This document shows positions 48,380-58,612 of a stretch of 64,000 nt of DNA, in pieces. A program made the translations under genes and the position numbers. Source of the DNA: an uncultured cyanobacterium (GTDB lineage: Bacteria; Cyanobacteriota; Cyanobacteriia; Cyanobacteriales; CAWCAG01). The stretch is from assembly GCA_963803805.1 (NCBI GenBank), contig CAWDOD010000003.1, positions 128,001-192,000 of the forward strand, written 5' to 3'. The notes beneath the pieces were generated by a model, which did not search any database, was not told the origin of the DNA, and saw only the letters and a list, made by a program, of their open reading frames with translations. How positions within the stretch are numbered: the stretch's first letter is position 1; the number at the start of each line of letters is the position of its first letter.

Positions 48380-50182
48380 TTACCGTTCAATAGGTAAAGT
48401 AATAGTAAACTCTGTTCCTTTATCAAGTTTAGAATTGACTTCTATTTTTCCTTTATGCTTTTCAATAATTTGATAACAAATTGATAAGCCTAATCCTGTC
48501 CCTTTGCCCACGTGTTTAGTAGTGAAGAAAGGGTCAAATAATTTATCCTTAATTTGAGTAGCAATTCCTGGACCATTATCACTAATTCTTATTTTAATTA
48601 AGTTGGCATCAATCTGACGACTACAAATAGCGATCGCCGGATTAAATTTACGGCCGCTATCATTACCATTTTGTTCCTCAATTGCATCAATAGCATTAGC
48701 AATAATATTCATAAAAACCTGATTAAGTTGAGCTGGGTAGCATTCAATTACAGGACAGTCCCCATAGTCTCGCACTACTTGAATATTATGCTTTAAACGA
48801 CTATTTAGAATTAATAGTGTATTATCAATACCTTCGTGAATATCAACTTTCTTCATGTCTGCTTCATCCAGACGAGAAAAGTTCTTGAGAGAAAGAACAA
48901 TTTTACGGATTCGTTCTGCTCCCATATCCATAGAAGTAATGAGTTTAGGCAAGTCTTCAGATAAGAAATCTAAATCAATTTCCTCAATATAATTGCCAAT
49001 CTCAGAATTATTTTCAGGATACTTTCGGTGATAAAGCTGAACTAATTTTAATAAATTTTCTGTATATTCTTGAGTATGTTGGATATTACCATAAATAAAG
49101 TTAACAGGATTATTGATTTCATGGGCAATTCCTCCTACCATTTGTCCTAAACTAGACATTTTTTCAGTTTGAATTAGTTGAGATTGAGTTTCCTTTAATT
49201 CTTTAAGAGCTTTAGTTAATTCTTGAGTACGTTCTTGAACTCTTTCTTCTAAGTTCTGGCGATTTATTTCTAGTTCTTGAGTGTATTGACCAATTCTTTT
49301 AATTAACTGATTAAGAGAAATAGCTAAAGAACCTACTTCATCTTCTGTTACCACAGGCGCTCTTAAATTGAAATTGGATTCTTTCGTGACTCTTTGAGCT
49401 AAATAAGTAACAGCCTTTAAAGGTTTGGCAATGTGACGACTTGTATAAATTGCTAATAAAAGTGCGATTCCAGCACTAACTAACATACTAAAGGTAATAA
49501 TTTGTATCCGTAGGGCTAAAGCCGTTTCCAGCTTTTCTTGAGCCTCTTGGGCCTGAGTTTTTGCTGCTTCGGTAATAGCAACCAACTTTTCTGACAAGCT
49601 GTTAAATTCGCTGTCTGCTGGACTGACTACATCTTCACTTAAAAAAGTTAGTAAGTCTTGCTTTGCTCCTTGTATTTCTTCTGGTTTGAGGTCTGGAGGA
49701 ACAATTTGTTCGTATAAAGTATTAATGGATTCTGTATAAGAAGCAACAGCAGTTTCATAATTAATTAGAAACTGCTCAAATTCTCTGGGTTTAATCGCTG
49801 AATGGCGAGGATGTTCATCAACAAATATCATTAAATCAGATATGTTATTTTGAACTCTTTCTACATGGCTAACAAATGTGGAGCGTTGCAAATCAAAACT
49901 AATCGCTTTACCTAAAGTAGGTAATAGTTTTTGGGGATGGTTACGCATTTGCAAAAGGCTATTTTCCAACTCCAACAACAACTGTTGTTGTTGGTCTGCC
50001 ACCGTCAAAGTTTCTAAAGCTTTTCTTTCGTAATATTCCCCTAAAATTAGTCCTACTGTTGTTCCAAAAACACCAATACCAATTGCTAAGCCATAGCCAT
50101 AGCTGATTTTTTCAGATATGCTTAAACGGTGAACCAATCGTTTGATCCAAACAGAGAGATTTTGCTCGAAGAGGCGATTCAT
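48380..50182 (-). CDS. HAMP-domain sensor histidine kinase (NtrB-like)
   Basis: Two TM helices with a helical periplasmic domain, HAMP, EKMSSLG...AHEINNP, NAIDA, DNGPGI, FFTTK, GTGLGL. Confidence 0.92.
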   Translation of the reverse strand: MNRLFEQNLSVWIKRLVHRLSISEKISYGYGLAIGIGVFGTTVGLILGEYYERKALETLTVADQQQQLLLELENSLLQMRNHPQKLLPTLGKAISFDLQRSTFVSHVERVQNNISDLMIFVDEHPRHSAIKPREFEQFLINYETAVASYTESINTLYEQIVPPDLKPEEIQGAKQDLLTFLSEDVVSPADSEFNSLSEKLVAITEAAKTQAQEAQEKLETALALRIQIITFSMLVSAGIALLLAIYTSRHIAKPLKAVTYLAQRVTKESNFNLRAPVVTEDEVGSLAISLNQLIKRIGQYTQELEINRQNLEERVQERTQELTKALKELKETQSQLIQTEKMSSLGQMVGGIAHEINNPVNFIYGNIQHTQEYTENLLKLVQLYHRKYPENNSEIGNYIEEIDLDFLSEDLPKLITSMDMGAERIRKIVLSLKNFSRLDEADMKKVDIHEGIDNTLLILNSRLKHNIQVVRDYGDCPVIECYPAQLNQVFMNIIANAIDAIEEQNGNDSGRKFNPAIAICSRQIDANLIKIRISDNGPGIATQIKDKLFDPFFTTKHVGKGTGLGLSICYQIIEKHKGKIEVNSKLDKGTEFTITLPIER

Positions 50183-50242
50183 TAGTTATGTAGATACTCC
50201 CGACACAAAGTTTAGACCGAACTTTATTTAATAAAAGAAATT

Positions 50243-51118
50243 CTAAAGAAATTCGTCTTCTCCAATTGCTTTATAAACTTGGCGAATAGAATCGTAATCA
50301 CTATCTCGAACCAAGGTAAGTTTAGAACTTACATATTCTGGGTTATCTTTAGTTTTAGCGATCGCCTCAATTAATTCTTGCTGATTTTCAAGCATACCTT
50401 GCCGCAAAATCTTCACTAATTTTGGGTCTAGTTGACTGCTAGCCATAAAAACATTATCGGGTAAAACTTCTCCTTGTGCTAGTAGTTTGAACTGCTGAGG
50501 TAATTTCTCATAATCAGAGGTTGAACCAGCCCAAGCATCAACTTTCCTCCCCTGTATTGCCTTCCTACTACCTTCACTACCTAACCAAAATATTTCTAAA
50601 TCTTTGGTAGGGTCAATTCCTGCTTCTAAAAGTAATTCTAAAGGTCCTAAATGACCACTAGTAGAACCAACAGAGGACATGGCAATTTTTTTACTTTTTA
50701 ATTGTGTCAGGGAAGTTATTTGACTATTAATGTCCACAGCTATAGCTGAACGATTGTTAGAGCCAGTAATCGCTACTATAGGAACAGCATTAGTACGGGA
50801 AGAAATAATTACATACTCAGAAGCCCCGGCTAAAACTAAATCTAATTCAGCTAACTGTAATCCTGATACAGCTTCTGTATGATTTCCTACCGAAACAAGT
50901 TCTACAGGCATATCAATTATGTTGGCTAAAGTGCTAGCAAATTGTCCATACTTTTCCTCCAATTCTTCTGGTTGATGAATATAGGTAACGGTAAATCGCA
51001 ATTTCTCCTCCTCACTTTTTTCGCCAGATAGCTCCTCAGAAATGGGAGGATTGTTAACTGTTGCTGAACAACTAGTTAAAAATAGTAGGGAGTACCAGAA
51101 AAACTTTCGCCTTTTCAT
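50243..51118 (-). CDS. PhnD/PtxB-like phosphate/phosphite/phosphonate-binding lipoprotein
   Basis: Lipobox LTSC; GSTSGHL motif; DSDYDSIR C-terminus. Confidence 0.85.
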   Translation of the reverse strand: MKRRKFFWYSLLFLTSCSATVNNPPISEELSGEKSEEEKLRFTVTYIHQPEELEEKYGQFASTLANIIDMPVELVSVGNHTEAVSGLQLAELDLVLAGASEYVIISSRTNAVPIVAITGSNNRSAIAVDINSQITSLTQLKSKKIAMSSVGSTSGHLGPLELLLEAGIDPTKDLEIFWLGSEGSRKAIQGRKVDAWAGSTSDYEKLPQQFKLLAQGEVLPDNVFMASSQLDPKLVKILRQGMLENQQELIEAIAKTKDNPEYVSSKLTLVRDSDYDSIRQVYKAIGEDEFL

Positions 51119-51326
51119 TGTATTTTCAAGAAAGTGAGGAGTAGGTAATAGGTAGAGAAATGTAAAGTATTTTTTATTAACTTTTTACTATTGGCAACTA
51201 GCAATTAGCCTTGCAAAGTAGTGTAACCTGTGCCAGATTCATAGCCGCCACATTGATAGGAACTAGAGTTATTTATCCTGGTCAACTCAAATATAAAGAA
51301 AATCATGTTGCCCCCAGGCTATTACT

Positions 51327-53300
51327 ATGCGTTTTTCAACTATTACAATTTATACTTTAGCTGCTTTAGGATCTGGAGAGTTAGCTTACAAAGCTGTTGC
51401 CCAGGCAAATATAGCCCCAGAAGCACAGCAAGATAATTATCTTATCTCCCCCCAAGTTACTTCTCCCCAAGAAGCACAGCAAAACAATTATGCTGTTTCC
51501 CCCCAAGTAACTCCTCCAGAAACTTTAGCTGCACCTGAGTTTGCCCGAACTCTTTCTGGAATAACCCCTGTTTCTCAAAATTTGGCAGTTACCGTCACAG
51601 ATATTCAGGTAAAAGGAGTTAGTGAGGAATTGCAACAAATTGTTCTCAACACAGTTACCACCAAAATCGGAGGTGATACTAGCGAAAATCAACTACAGAA
51701 TGATTTAGCTGAGATTGTTGACACAGGGTTATTTGCAAATGCTAGGGTTAATACCACTACTAGCCCTGATGGTATAAACGTAGTATACCAAGTTGAGCCA
51801 ACTATTATCGAATCGCTTCAGCTTTCTGGGGCTGAGGTTTTAACTCCAGAAGTTGCGAGGGAAGTTTTTCAATCTCAATTAGGTAAACCGGTTAGTGTGG
51901 GTAGTTTGCAGCAAGGTTTGGCAAAGCTTAATCAATGGTATCAAGATAACGGCTATGTATTGGCACAGGTTTTGGCGGTACAACCAAATCCTGATGGGGT
52001 TTTGAACTTGACTGTTGCCGAGGGGAAAGTGAGTAATATTGAGGTTCGCTTTTTAGATGAAACAGGAGAAGTTACCGAAGGGCGCACAAAACCATCCTTA
52101 GTAGAGTCAGAATTAAACTTGCAAACCGGGGAAATATTCCAGATTGAAAAAGTACAAGAAGATGTTGGCAAGCTTTATCAATTGGGATTATTCCAAAAAG
52201 TGGACGTAGCCCTCAATGGTGATGCGAATAACTTAGATGTGATTTATGAACTAACGGAAATACAATCTCGTCGTATTAATGTGGGGGGAGGTTACAGCAA
52301 TAGAACTGGAGTTTATGGCACAGTTAATTATAACGACCAGAATGTCGGGGGTATAGGTAATAAGTTAGGTTTGGATTTGCAACTTGGCAGCCGCACTTTC
52401 CAATTTGATACTAAATATGGCAGTCCTTACCGTGCCGATAATCCCGATAAGTTAGGCTATCAAGTCAATGCTTTCCGTCGCCGCAGCGTCTCGAATACCT
52501 TTGACGATGATATCACCCTGGGGAATGGAGATGAAGCTAGGGAAGGTCGCTTTGGCGGTGGAGTTAGTTTTAACCGTGATGTTGAAGATTGGAATACTTC
52601 TGTTGGTGTCAATTACACTCGTACTAGTATTCGGGATGAGGAGGGAAATGTTACTCCTTTTGATAGTCAAGGTAATTCCCTTTCCTTTAGCGATACAGGT
52701 ATTGACGATCTCTTAAGCATTTCAGCAAATATTAGCAAAGATCAAAGAGATAATCCCATCAATCCTACTTCTGGTTCTTACATTAGCTTAGGGACAGAAC
52801 AATCTATTCCGGTGGGTTTGGGTAATATTCTTATGAACCGCTTGCAAGCCAATTATAGTCATTACACCCCCGTAAGTTTGTTAGGGAAAGAAACCCCAGA
52901 AGTACTAGCTTTTAACCTCAAGGGGGGAACTGTTGTGGGAGACTTACCTCCCTACGAAGCTTTCAATTTAGGTGGCTTAAATTCTGTACGGGGTTATGGT
53001 TTTGGTGAAGTGGCTAGCAGCCGTAGTTATGTCCTAGCTTCAGCAGAATATCGCTTCCCTCTCCTTTCAGCTTTTAATCTGCCCATTGGCGGAGTTTTGT
53101 TCGCTGATTTCGCTTCCGATTTAGGTTCTAGTGATAATGTTCCTGGAGAACCAGGGGTTGCGAGGAATAAGCCTGGTAGCGGCTTTGGTTATGGTACAGG
53201 AGTGAGGGTAAATTCTCCTTTAGGTATTTTACGGGCAGATTTAGGCTTCAATGATCGCGGCGAAACTGAAGTTGGTTTTGGTATTGGGCATCGGTTTTGA
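51327..53300 (+). CDS. BamA/Omp85 family outer-membrane protein
   Basis: POTRA domains; FNLGGLNSVRGY; SPLGILRAD; FGIGHRF end; 51-bp tandem duplication near 51413-51520. Confidence 0.92.
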   Translation: MRFSTITIYTLAALGSGELAYKAVAQANIAPEAQQDNYLISPQVTSPQEAQQNNYAVSPQVTPPETLAAPEFARTLSGITPVSQNLAVTVTDIQVKGVSEELQQIVLNTVTTKIGGDTSENQLQNDLAEIVDTGLFANARVNTTTSPDGINVVYQVEPTIIESLQLSGAEVLTPEVAREVFQSQLGKPVSVGSLQQGLAKLNQWYQDNGYVLAQVLAVQPNPDGVLNLTVAEGKVSNIEVRFLDETGEVTEGRTKPSLVESELNLQTGEIFQIEKVQEDVGKLYQLGLFQKVDVALNGDANNLDVIYELTEIQSRRINVGGGYSNRTGVYGTVNYNDQNVGGIGNKLGLDLQLGSRTFQFDTKYGSPYRADNPDKLGYQVNAFRRRSVSNTFDDDITLGNGDEAREGRFGGGVSFNRDVEDWNTSVGVNYTRTSIRDEEGNVTPFDSQGNSLSFSDTGIDDLLSISANISKDQRDNPINPTSGSYISLGTEQSIPVGLGNILMNRLQANYSHYTPVSLLGKETPEVLAFNLKGGTVVGDLPPYEAFNLGGLNSVRGYGFGEVASSRSYVLASAEYRFPLLSAFNLPIGGVLFADFASDLGSSDNVPGEPGVARNKPGSGFGYGTGVRVNSPLGILRADLGFNDRGETEVGFGIGHRF

Positions 53301-53323
53301 GGGGGTTATGGTATTTTTGAACC

Positions 53324-54145
53324 ATGAAAAAATATCAAACTTTTTGGCTTTATATTTTACTAATTGGAATCGCCTTATTAATGCTCTTTCCTTTAATTTG
53401 GCTAATTAGTACTTCCTTAAAATCTCCCACAGAAAACATCTTCCAATTTCCCCCACAATTACTACCCCAACAGCCCACCCTACAAAACTTTGCTACAGTT
53501 TGGCAAACCTATCCTTTCGGGCGCTATCTTTGGAATAGTACCTTTGTCGCTGTTTTAACCGTGGGCTTAAACCTCTTGTTTTGTTCCTTAGCTGCTTATC
53601 CCTTAGCCAGGATGAACTTTCGGGGTAAAGATTGGATTTTTGCGGTGATTGTCTCTACCATCATGATTCCTTTTCAAATCGTCATGATTCCTTTGTATAT
53701 TCTGACAGTACGCTTAGGTTTACTCGATAGTTATTTAGGGGTAATTTTTCCTAGTTTAGCTTCTGCCTTTGGTATCTTTTTATTGCGCCAAGCCTTTCAA
53801 GGAGTTCCCAAAGAATTAGAAGAAGCTGCCCGCATTGATGGCTGTTCAGATTTGGGTATTTGGTGGCACGTAATGATACCTGCGGTACGCCCTGCCTTAG
53901 TTACCCTAGCTATCTTTGTCTTTATCGGTTCTTGGAGTGATTTTCTCTGGCCTTTAATTGTACTCAACGACCCTAGTTATTACACTCTCCCCCGTGGCGT
54001 TGCTGACTTAGCAGGGACTTTTTCTTTGGATTGGCGTATTATCGCTGCTGGTTCAGTAATTTCCATCTTACCAGTCCTGATCTTATTCGCCCTTGTACAA
54101 CGTTACATAATACCTACTGAAGCAGGAAGCGGAGTTAAAGGGTAA
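53324..54145 (+). CDS. Carbohydrate ABC transporter permease
   Basis: EAA loop ELEEAARIDG; WSDFLWPL. Confidence 0.92.
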   Translation: MKKYQTFWLYILLIGIALLMLFPLIWLISTSLKSPTENIFQFPPQLLPQQPTLQNFATVWQTYPFGRYLWNSTFVAVLTVGLNLLFCSLAAYPLARMNFRGKDWIFAVIVSTIMIPFQIVMIPLYILTVRLGLLDSYLGVIFPSLASAFGIFLLRQAFQGVPKELEEAARIDGCSDLGIWWHVMIPAVRPALVTLAIFVFIGSWSDFLWPLIVLNDPSYYTLPRGVADLAGTFSLDWRIIAAGSVISILPVLILFALVQRYIIPTEAGSGVKG

Positions 54146-54162
54146 AAGATAATATTGATAAT

Positions 54163-56613
54163 TTACTTAATCATTGGCTTCATCTCCAAAGCAGCTTTAG
54201 GATAAGCAATACGTTGGTGATTAAATTGTTGCCATACTCTCACAAACACCTTAGCAACTCTAGCTAACTCTTCTCTAGTCAAGCCAGAATCGGCTAATTG
54301 ACCATCTTGCCATCTTGCCCTCATGATTTTATTAACAACCATCAAAGCTGCATCAGGAGTAATATCTTTAAGGGAACGCAAAGCCGCTTCGCAACCATCA
54401 GCTAACATCATAATTCCCGTTTCTTTAGATTGGGGAATTGGCCCTGGGTAGCGAAAATCTTCTTCCTTAACAGGACATCCTCCCTCTTGCTCTGCTCTTT
54501 GTCTAGCTTGGAAATAGAAATAGGAAATTAATAAAGTTCCTTGGTGTTCGGGAATAAAATCTCGAATAGCTTTAGGAAGCCCATGTTTTTTCGCCAGAGT
54601 AATACCTTCAGAAACGTGTTTTTTGATGATAACCGCACTCTTGACTGGATCATTAATTTCATCATGCTTGTTGGGACCTCCCATTTGATTCTCAATAAAT
54701 CCTTGAGGGTCGTGCATTTTACCAATATCATGGTAAAGGGTTCCTGCTCTAACTAGCTCGACATTACATTGCAATTCCCTCGTCCCTGCCTCAGCTAAAG
54801 AAGCCACAAATAGGGTATGTTGAAACGTTCCTGGAGTCTCTGTGGCTAAGCGTTTGAGTAGAGGACGGTTAGGGTTAGATAGCTCCACAAGACGGATTAA
54901 AGTGATTAAATCAAAAACCCGCTCTAGGTAAGGGGAAATTCCTAAAGCAATGATACTCCAAGCAACTCCAAAGAACCCAAAAAGAACTGAATCCTGCAAC
55001 ACAGGATACCAAATAGTTCCTGCTGTAGCACTGCGAATCAAAATAATAATTAAACAAACAAATCCTTGGGTTAAACCAATAGCCCCCCCCAGGGCAGCCA
55101 TTTCTTCCCGTGATCGCATTCTTCGGGCTACTACTGCTGCAACTATACCTCCTGCAGCTCCTGCAAGTAAGTATTCCCAACTAATTACAGCTCCGTTACC
55201 TCCCATAATACTAAAAGCAGAAGCCCCTGTGAGAAGGACAACTTGGGTAACACCCAAAGCAGGATTGTAAAAGCTACTAGTGAGCAAACCCACAGCAGCC
55301 AAGTTGTTGTAACGAGGACCGAAAAAAATCAGGGTTAAGGGAGGGGTTAAACTCAACAAACAAAGTAAAATACCATCGCGACTTCGCAATCTAATATTTA
55401 CTTTTTTCTGCACAAAGACAAAAATCCCTGTAGCCCCGACTAAAACAACACCACAACCCATCAATCCTAGCCAGTTAGGGCTACGACGGCTCAAGCCAAA
55501 ATAATCTAAAAGAGCAAAGTCTTCCTGGCTAATTTCTTCTCCCTCTTCAACAATTACTTCTCCTTGACGTACTGGCAAAGGTTTAGGTTTGATATCCAGA
55601 ACTGCCTGTTCTGCTTTACGCCTAGTTTGTTCCTCATCTTCAATTAAATTAGGTTTTAAAGTATCCATCAATAGCTCTGTAGCTAACGGAAGAGTTAAAA
55701 CAGGAACTAAGGGGTCAATTTGCTGACTGATAGCATTGGCAAGAACCTCATCTGGTAGTCCCCGGACAATACCTTGAGTAAGCATCCTTTCTGAGGCGCG
55801 ACGAATACCGCTTTTAGTTTCTCTCCAAGTTTGATCTCCTAACTCAATGAGGGTATCTTCATAGTCTGAAATGAGATTAATTAATTCTGATTCTCTATTT
55901 TCAAAGATTTTTTCTTTACCCTGAGCGTAATTTCTCCGTACTTGGGCAATTTGGGCCACTAACTCAGAAAATTCGGCACTAGAAACTTGCTGTCGATAAT
56001 CTCTTAATTCCCGAATACTTTGTCTCAAAGTTGGCTTTAAACTTATCTCTGAAGACTGTTTTAGCTCTGTTTCTGAAACTGCTGATAAAACACTTTGCCA
56101 TTCTTCTTCTTTGCTACTGCCAAGGCGACGTTGAATGGGCAAAGAGAGAATTTCTTCGTCAATTAAAGCAAATGAGTCAGCTAACTGTCTCATTTCATCA
56201 ATGCTTATAAAAATACTTCCTAATTCTTGATTAATTTGATTAGTGGCTTCTTGATCTATTTTTAGTACAGGAACGACACCTGTACGGGCTTCTTTACGTT
56301 CTTCTTGGGTCGTTTCTGGGTCTTTTACTTTGGCAGAAAAAGGGGCTGTGATAGTTTGAGGAGCAATTGTACCCACTGCTAACTCAGGTTGGTTATAGAA
56401 GCGTTGTCCTACTACTCCAGTAAGAGAAATTACTGTCAACACAAAAACTAACGGCCCTTCAGCACTAAGTTTGCGTTTTTTAGGGGAGCTAGATTGGGAT
56501 TGAGAGTCAAGCACCTTTTTATTAGTATGTATTGGCAACAACAAAGGTACTTGAGCTTGATATTTTTGCTGCCAATGATAAACTTTTTCTTTTATGGAAT
56601 GAAATTTGCCCAT
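54163..56613 (-). CDS. 7TM-HD phosphohydrolase (PgpH-like, putative c-di-AMP phosphodiesterase)
   Basis: Extracellular domain, multiple TM helices, PGTFQH, YHDIGK, EHQGT, FRYPGP, LADGCEAA. Confidence 0.9.
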   Translation of the reverse strand: MGKFHSIKEKVYHWQQKYQAQVPLLLPIHTNKKVLDSQSQSSSPKKRKLSAEGPLVFVLTVISLTGVVGQRFYNQPELAVGTIAPQTITAPFSAKVKDPETTQEERKEARTGVVPVLKIDQEATNQINQELGSIFISIDEMRQLADSFALIDEEILSLPIQRRLGSSKEEEWQSVLSAVSETELKQSSEISLKPTLRQSIRELRDYRQQVSSAEFSELVAQIAQVRRNYAQGKEKIFENRESELINLISDYEDTLIELGDQTWRETKSGIRRASERMLTQGIVRGLPDEVLANAISQQIDPLVPVLTLPLATELLMDTLKPNLIEDEEQTRRKAEQAVLDIKPKPLPVRQGEVIVEEGEEISQEDFALLDYFGLSRRSPNWLGLMGCGVVLVGATGIFVFVQKKVNIRLRSRDGILLCLLSLTPPLTLIFFGPRYNNLAAVGLLTSSFYNPALGVTQVVLLTGASAFSIMGGNGAVISWEYLLAGAAGGIVAAVVARRMRSREEMAALGGAIGLTQGFVCLIIILIRSATAGTIWYPVLQDSVLFGFFGVAWSIIALGISPYLERVFDLITLIRLVELSNPNRPLLKRLATETPGTFQHTLFVASLAEAGTRELQCNVELVRAGTLYHDIGKMHDPQGFIENQMGGPNKHDEINDPVKSAVIIKKHVSEGITLAKKHGLPKAIRDFIPEHQGTLLISYFYFQARQRAEQEGGCPVKEEDFRYPGPIPQSKETGIMMLADGCEAALRSLKDITPDAALMVVNKIMRARWQDGQLADSGLTREELARVAKVFVRVWQQFNHQRIAYPKAALEMKPMIK

Positions 56614-56735
56614 GATGACGAATAAATATATTTCAAACTATAGGAGTTAGATAACTCAAGTCCCATCAGCTTGTAATCTGAAAATTCTGTAATTAGCTCT
56701 TTCGGATTTAGCTTAAACAACTAAACTAATTATGC

Positions 56736-57677
56736 CTATTCTTCTTGGGAAATAATCCGAAGTTGGGGACGAGACTGGAGAATTTTAGGAGAAGCTACTG
56801 CAGCTATGTTAAGTAACTTGTGATTATCGTTGAGTTGTTCAACTCCAGACCAAACTGAAAAAAGTTTGGTGGCGAGGGACGCAATTTTTTGGCTTGTGAG
56901 ATGTTTTTTGATGACTAAACGCCATCTAGAAGGAATACCGCTAAAGCTGTTGTAAACTCCCCCTAAGGCTCCTGTTAAGGCCGCTGTTAGGGTAGGATAG
57001 TAACCCGTTTGTACGGCTCTTAACACCCCTAGACGAAAGTTTGCTGGGGTGGCAAGAAAACAGTAAAATGCTAAAGCTATAGGAGTATAGTTTTTTTGAC
57101 CTTCACGGGATAAGCAAGTAACAACTTGCTGCAAGGGCAGACCTTGGGAAATGAAAATTTCAACCTGTTCTAGTTGTCTAATTAACGGCGTTTCAATTCC
57201 TCTACAATAACTAATAATTTGAGAAATTAAATTAACAGGGTTAAGTTTTTCTTTTAGAGCTAGACTGAGGCTATAACTCCAAATGAGCATAGATTGATGA
57301 TCGTAGCCATCTTTAGCCCAAATCTGTGCTGATTTTGTTAGATTTGCCCTTTGTAAGTTGCTGATTTCGTGGAAAAATAGGGCTATTGGCAAAGTTGCCA
57401 CTGCTAATTCAGCGCTGTTAGCTTTGTTTTTTAAGTTTAGTAGTGAAGACTCTGCAAAGCACATTTCCTCCAAATAAGCATCATGGGTGAAAGAACCAAA
57501 CTTAACTAGGCTCTCAAGAGTGCAAGTGCTAATTCTACTCCATTCAAGAAGATGGTCTTGGGGAAAATTAAGCCAATTTTGTCCTGAAGGATTTCTTTGG
57601 TAACTTCTGCCTAGACCTTCTCCTAAATAGCTACCTAATAGACCTCCTTTAAATCTGCTTAAAAGTGGGTGTTCCAT
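56736..57677 (-). CDS. ADP-ribosylglycohydrolase-like protein (degenerate)
   Basis: SRFKGGLLG...GEGLG and TAALTGALGG...GIP..W fold motifs; acidic metal ligands absent. Confidence 0.7.
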   Translation of the reverse strand: MEHPLLSRFKGGLLGSYLGEGLGRSYQRNPSGQNWLNFPQDHLLEWSRISTCTLESLVKFGSFTHDAYLEEMCFAESSLLNLKNKANSAELAVATLPIALFFHEISNLQRANLTKSAQIWAKDGYDHQSMLIWSYSLSLALKEKLNPVNLISQIISYCRGIETPLIRQLEQVEIFISQGLPLQQVVTCLSREGQKNYTPIALAFYCFLATPANFRLGVLRAVQTGYYPTLTAALTGALGGVYNSFSGIPSRWRLVIKKHLTSQKIASLATKLFSVWSGVEQLNDNHKLLNIAAVASPKILQSRPQLRIISQEE

Positions 57678-57766
57678 TAGATACCTAAATATTGGGACAG
57701 AAGTACACTTCGAGATTACTTTGATTTTATCTTAATTATTTTTGTTGATTTAAAATATATTTTGAT

Positions 57767-58237
57767 TTACTGCCTAAGATAATCTACTAAGGCTTTTAAC
57801 CCCAAATAATAGCTGTTGCCTCCAAAACCACTTATTTGTCCTATGGCGATAGGGGCAATGAGAGAGTTGTGACGGAAGGCTTCGCGCTGATAAATATTAC
57901 TTAGATGCACTTCTACTGTAGGAATATTTACCCCAGACAAAGCATCGCGAATAGCAATACTAGTATGGGTATAAGCTCCAGCATTAATTAAAATTCCTTG
58001 GTGCTTGCCCACAGCTTGGTGAATTGCATCAACTAAAACCCCTTCGTGATTAGACTGGAAACTGGAAACTTGAGCTTTTAAGTTTTTTCCTTCTTCTTTT
58101 AAGAGGAAGTCAATTTGCTCTAAAGTCACAGAACCATAAACATCTGGTTCCCTTCGCCCTAGCAGGTTCAAGTTAGGTCCATGTAGAACCAAAATATTTA
58201 TCTTGCGCAAAGCCTCGAAATTCACTTCATCGCACAT
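57767..58237 (-). CDS. aroQ: Type II 3-dehydroquinate dehydratase
   Basis: [37 protein letters not shown]. Confidence 0.96.
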   Translation of the reverse strand: MCDEVNFEALRKINILVLHGPNLNLLGRREPDVYGSVTLEQIDFLLKEEGKNLKAQVSSFQSNHEGVLVDAIHQAVGKHQGILINAGAYTHTSIAIRDALSGVNIPTVEVHLSNIYQREAFRHNSLIAPIAIGQISGFGGNSYYLGLKALVDYLRQ

Positions 58238-58383
58238 TAGCGCTGTCGCCGACGCTGTTGTGGTTCATCAACAGGAATGGGTATAGGCTCCGATTCTGGT
58301 TGGGGTTCTGGTCCAAGAAGAGTTTCAATGAGCTGGCGCGCCCATTCTTTTAGCTTTTCTAACACCTTCTCGATATAGTCCAT
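58237..58383 (-). CDS. Small protein (48 aa), not in the ORF track
   Basis: [53 protein letters not shown] upstream; its TAA overlaps the aroQ ATG (TAATG). Confidence 0.8.
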   Translation of the reverse strand: MDYIEKVLEKLKEWARQLIETLLGPEPQPESEPIPIPVDEPQQRRRQR

Positions 58384-58411
58384 TGTTATAAAGACTGCTC
58401 CTGCGAGACAA

Positions 58412-58427
58412 TGTATTTAATATTACA
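58412..58427. promoter_or_regulatory. NtcA-binding site
   Basis: tGTA-tttaatat-TACa is a perfect TGTA-N8-TACA; it overlaps a TAATAT -10-like hexamer on the minus strand. Confidence 0.6.
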
Positions 58428-58612
58428 CAATTACAAGCTGTAACTTCTCAATAATTGCTTTCTTTAGCAAGAAAGATGTAATTTTAAAAGTTAGCTTGCT
58501 AGATTAACTGAAACAATAAGTTCAGTTATATTAAGATTAACACAGCCTTCTAGTAAGAGCGCATCCTACTAAAGTACCCTTGTCAATGATCATTTTATGT
58601 AGTCTGTTTGTG

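Noticed and set aside
58237-58383. Identification of the 48-aa ORF as the ATP synthase inhibitor AtpT
   Set aside because: The length is similar, but it lacks the GVQPF-type motif I associate with AtpT, so no symbol was assigned
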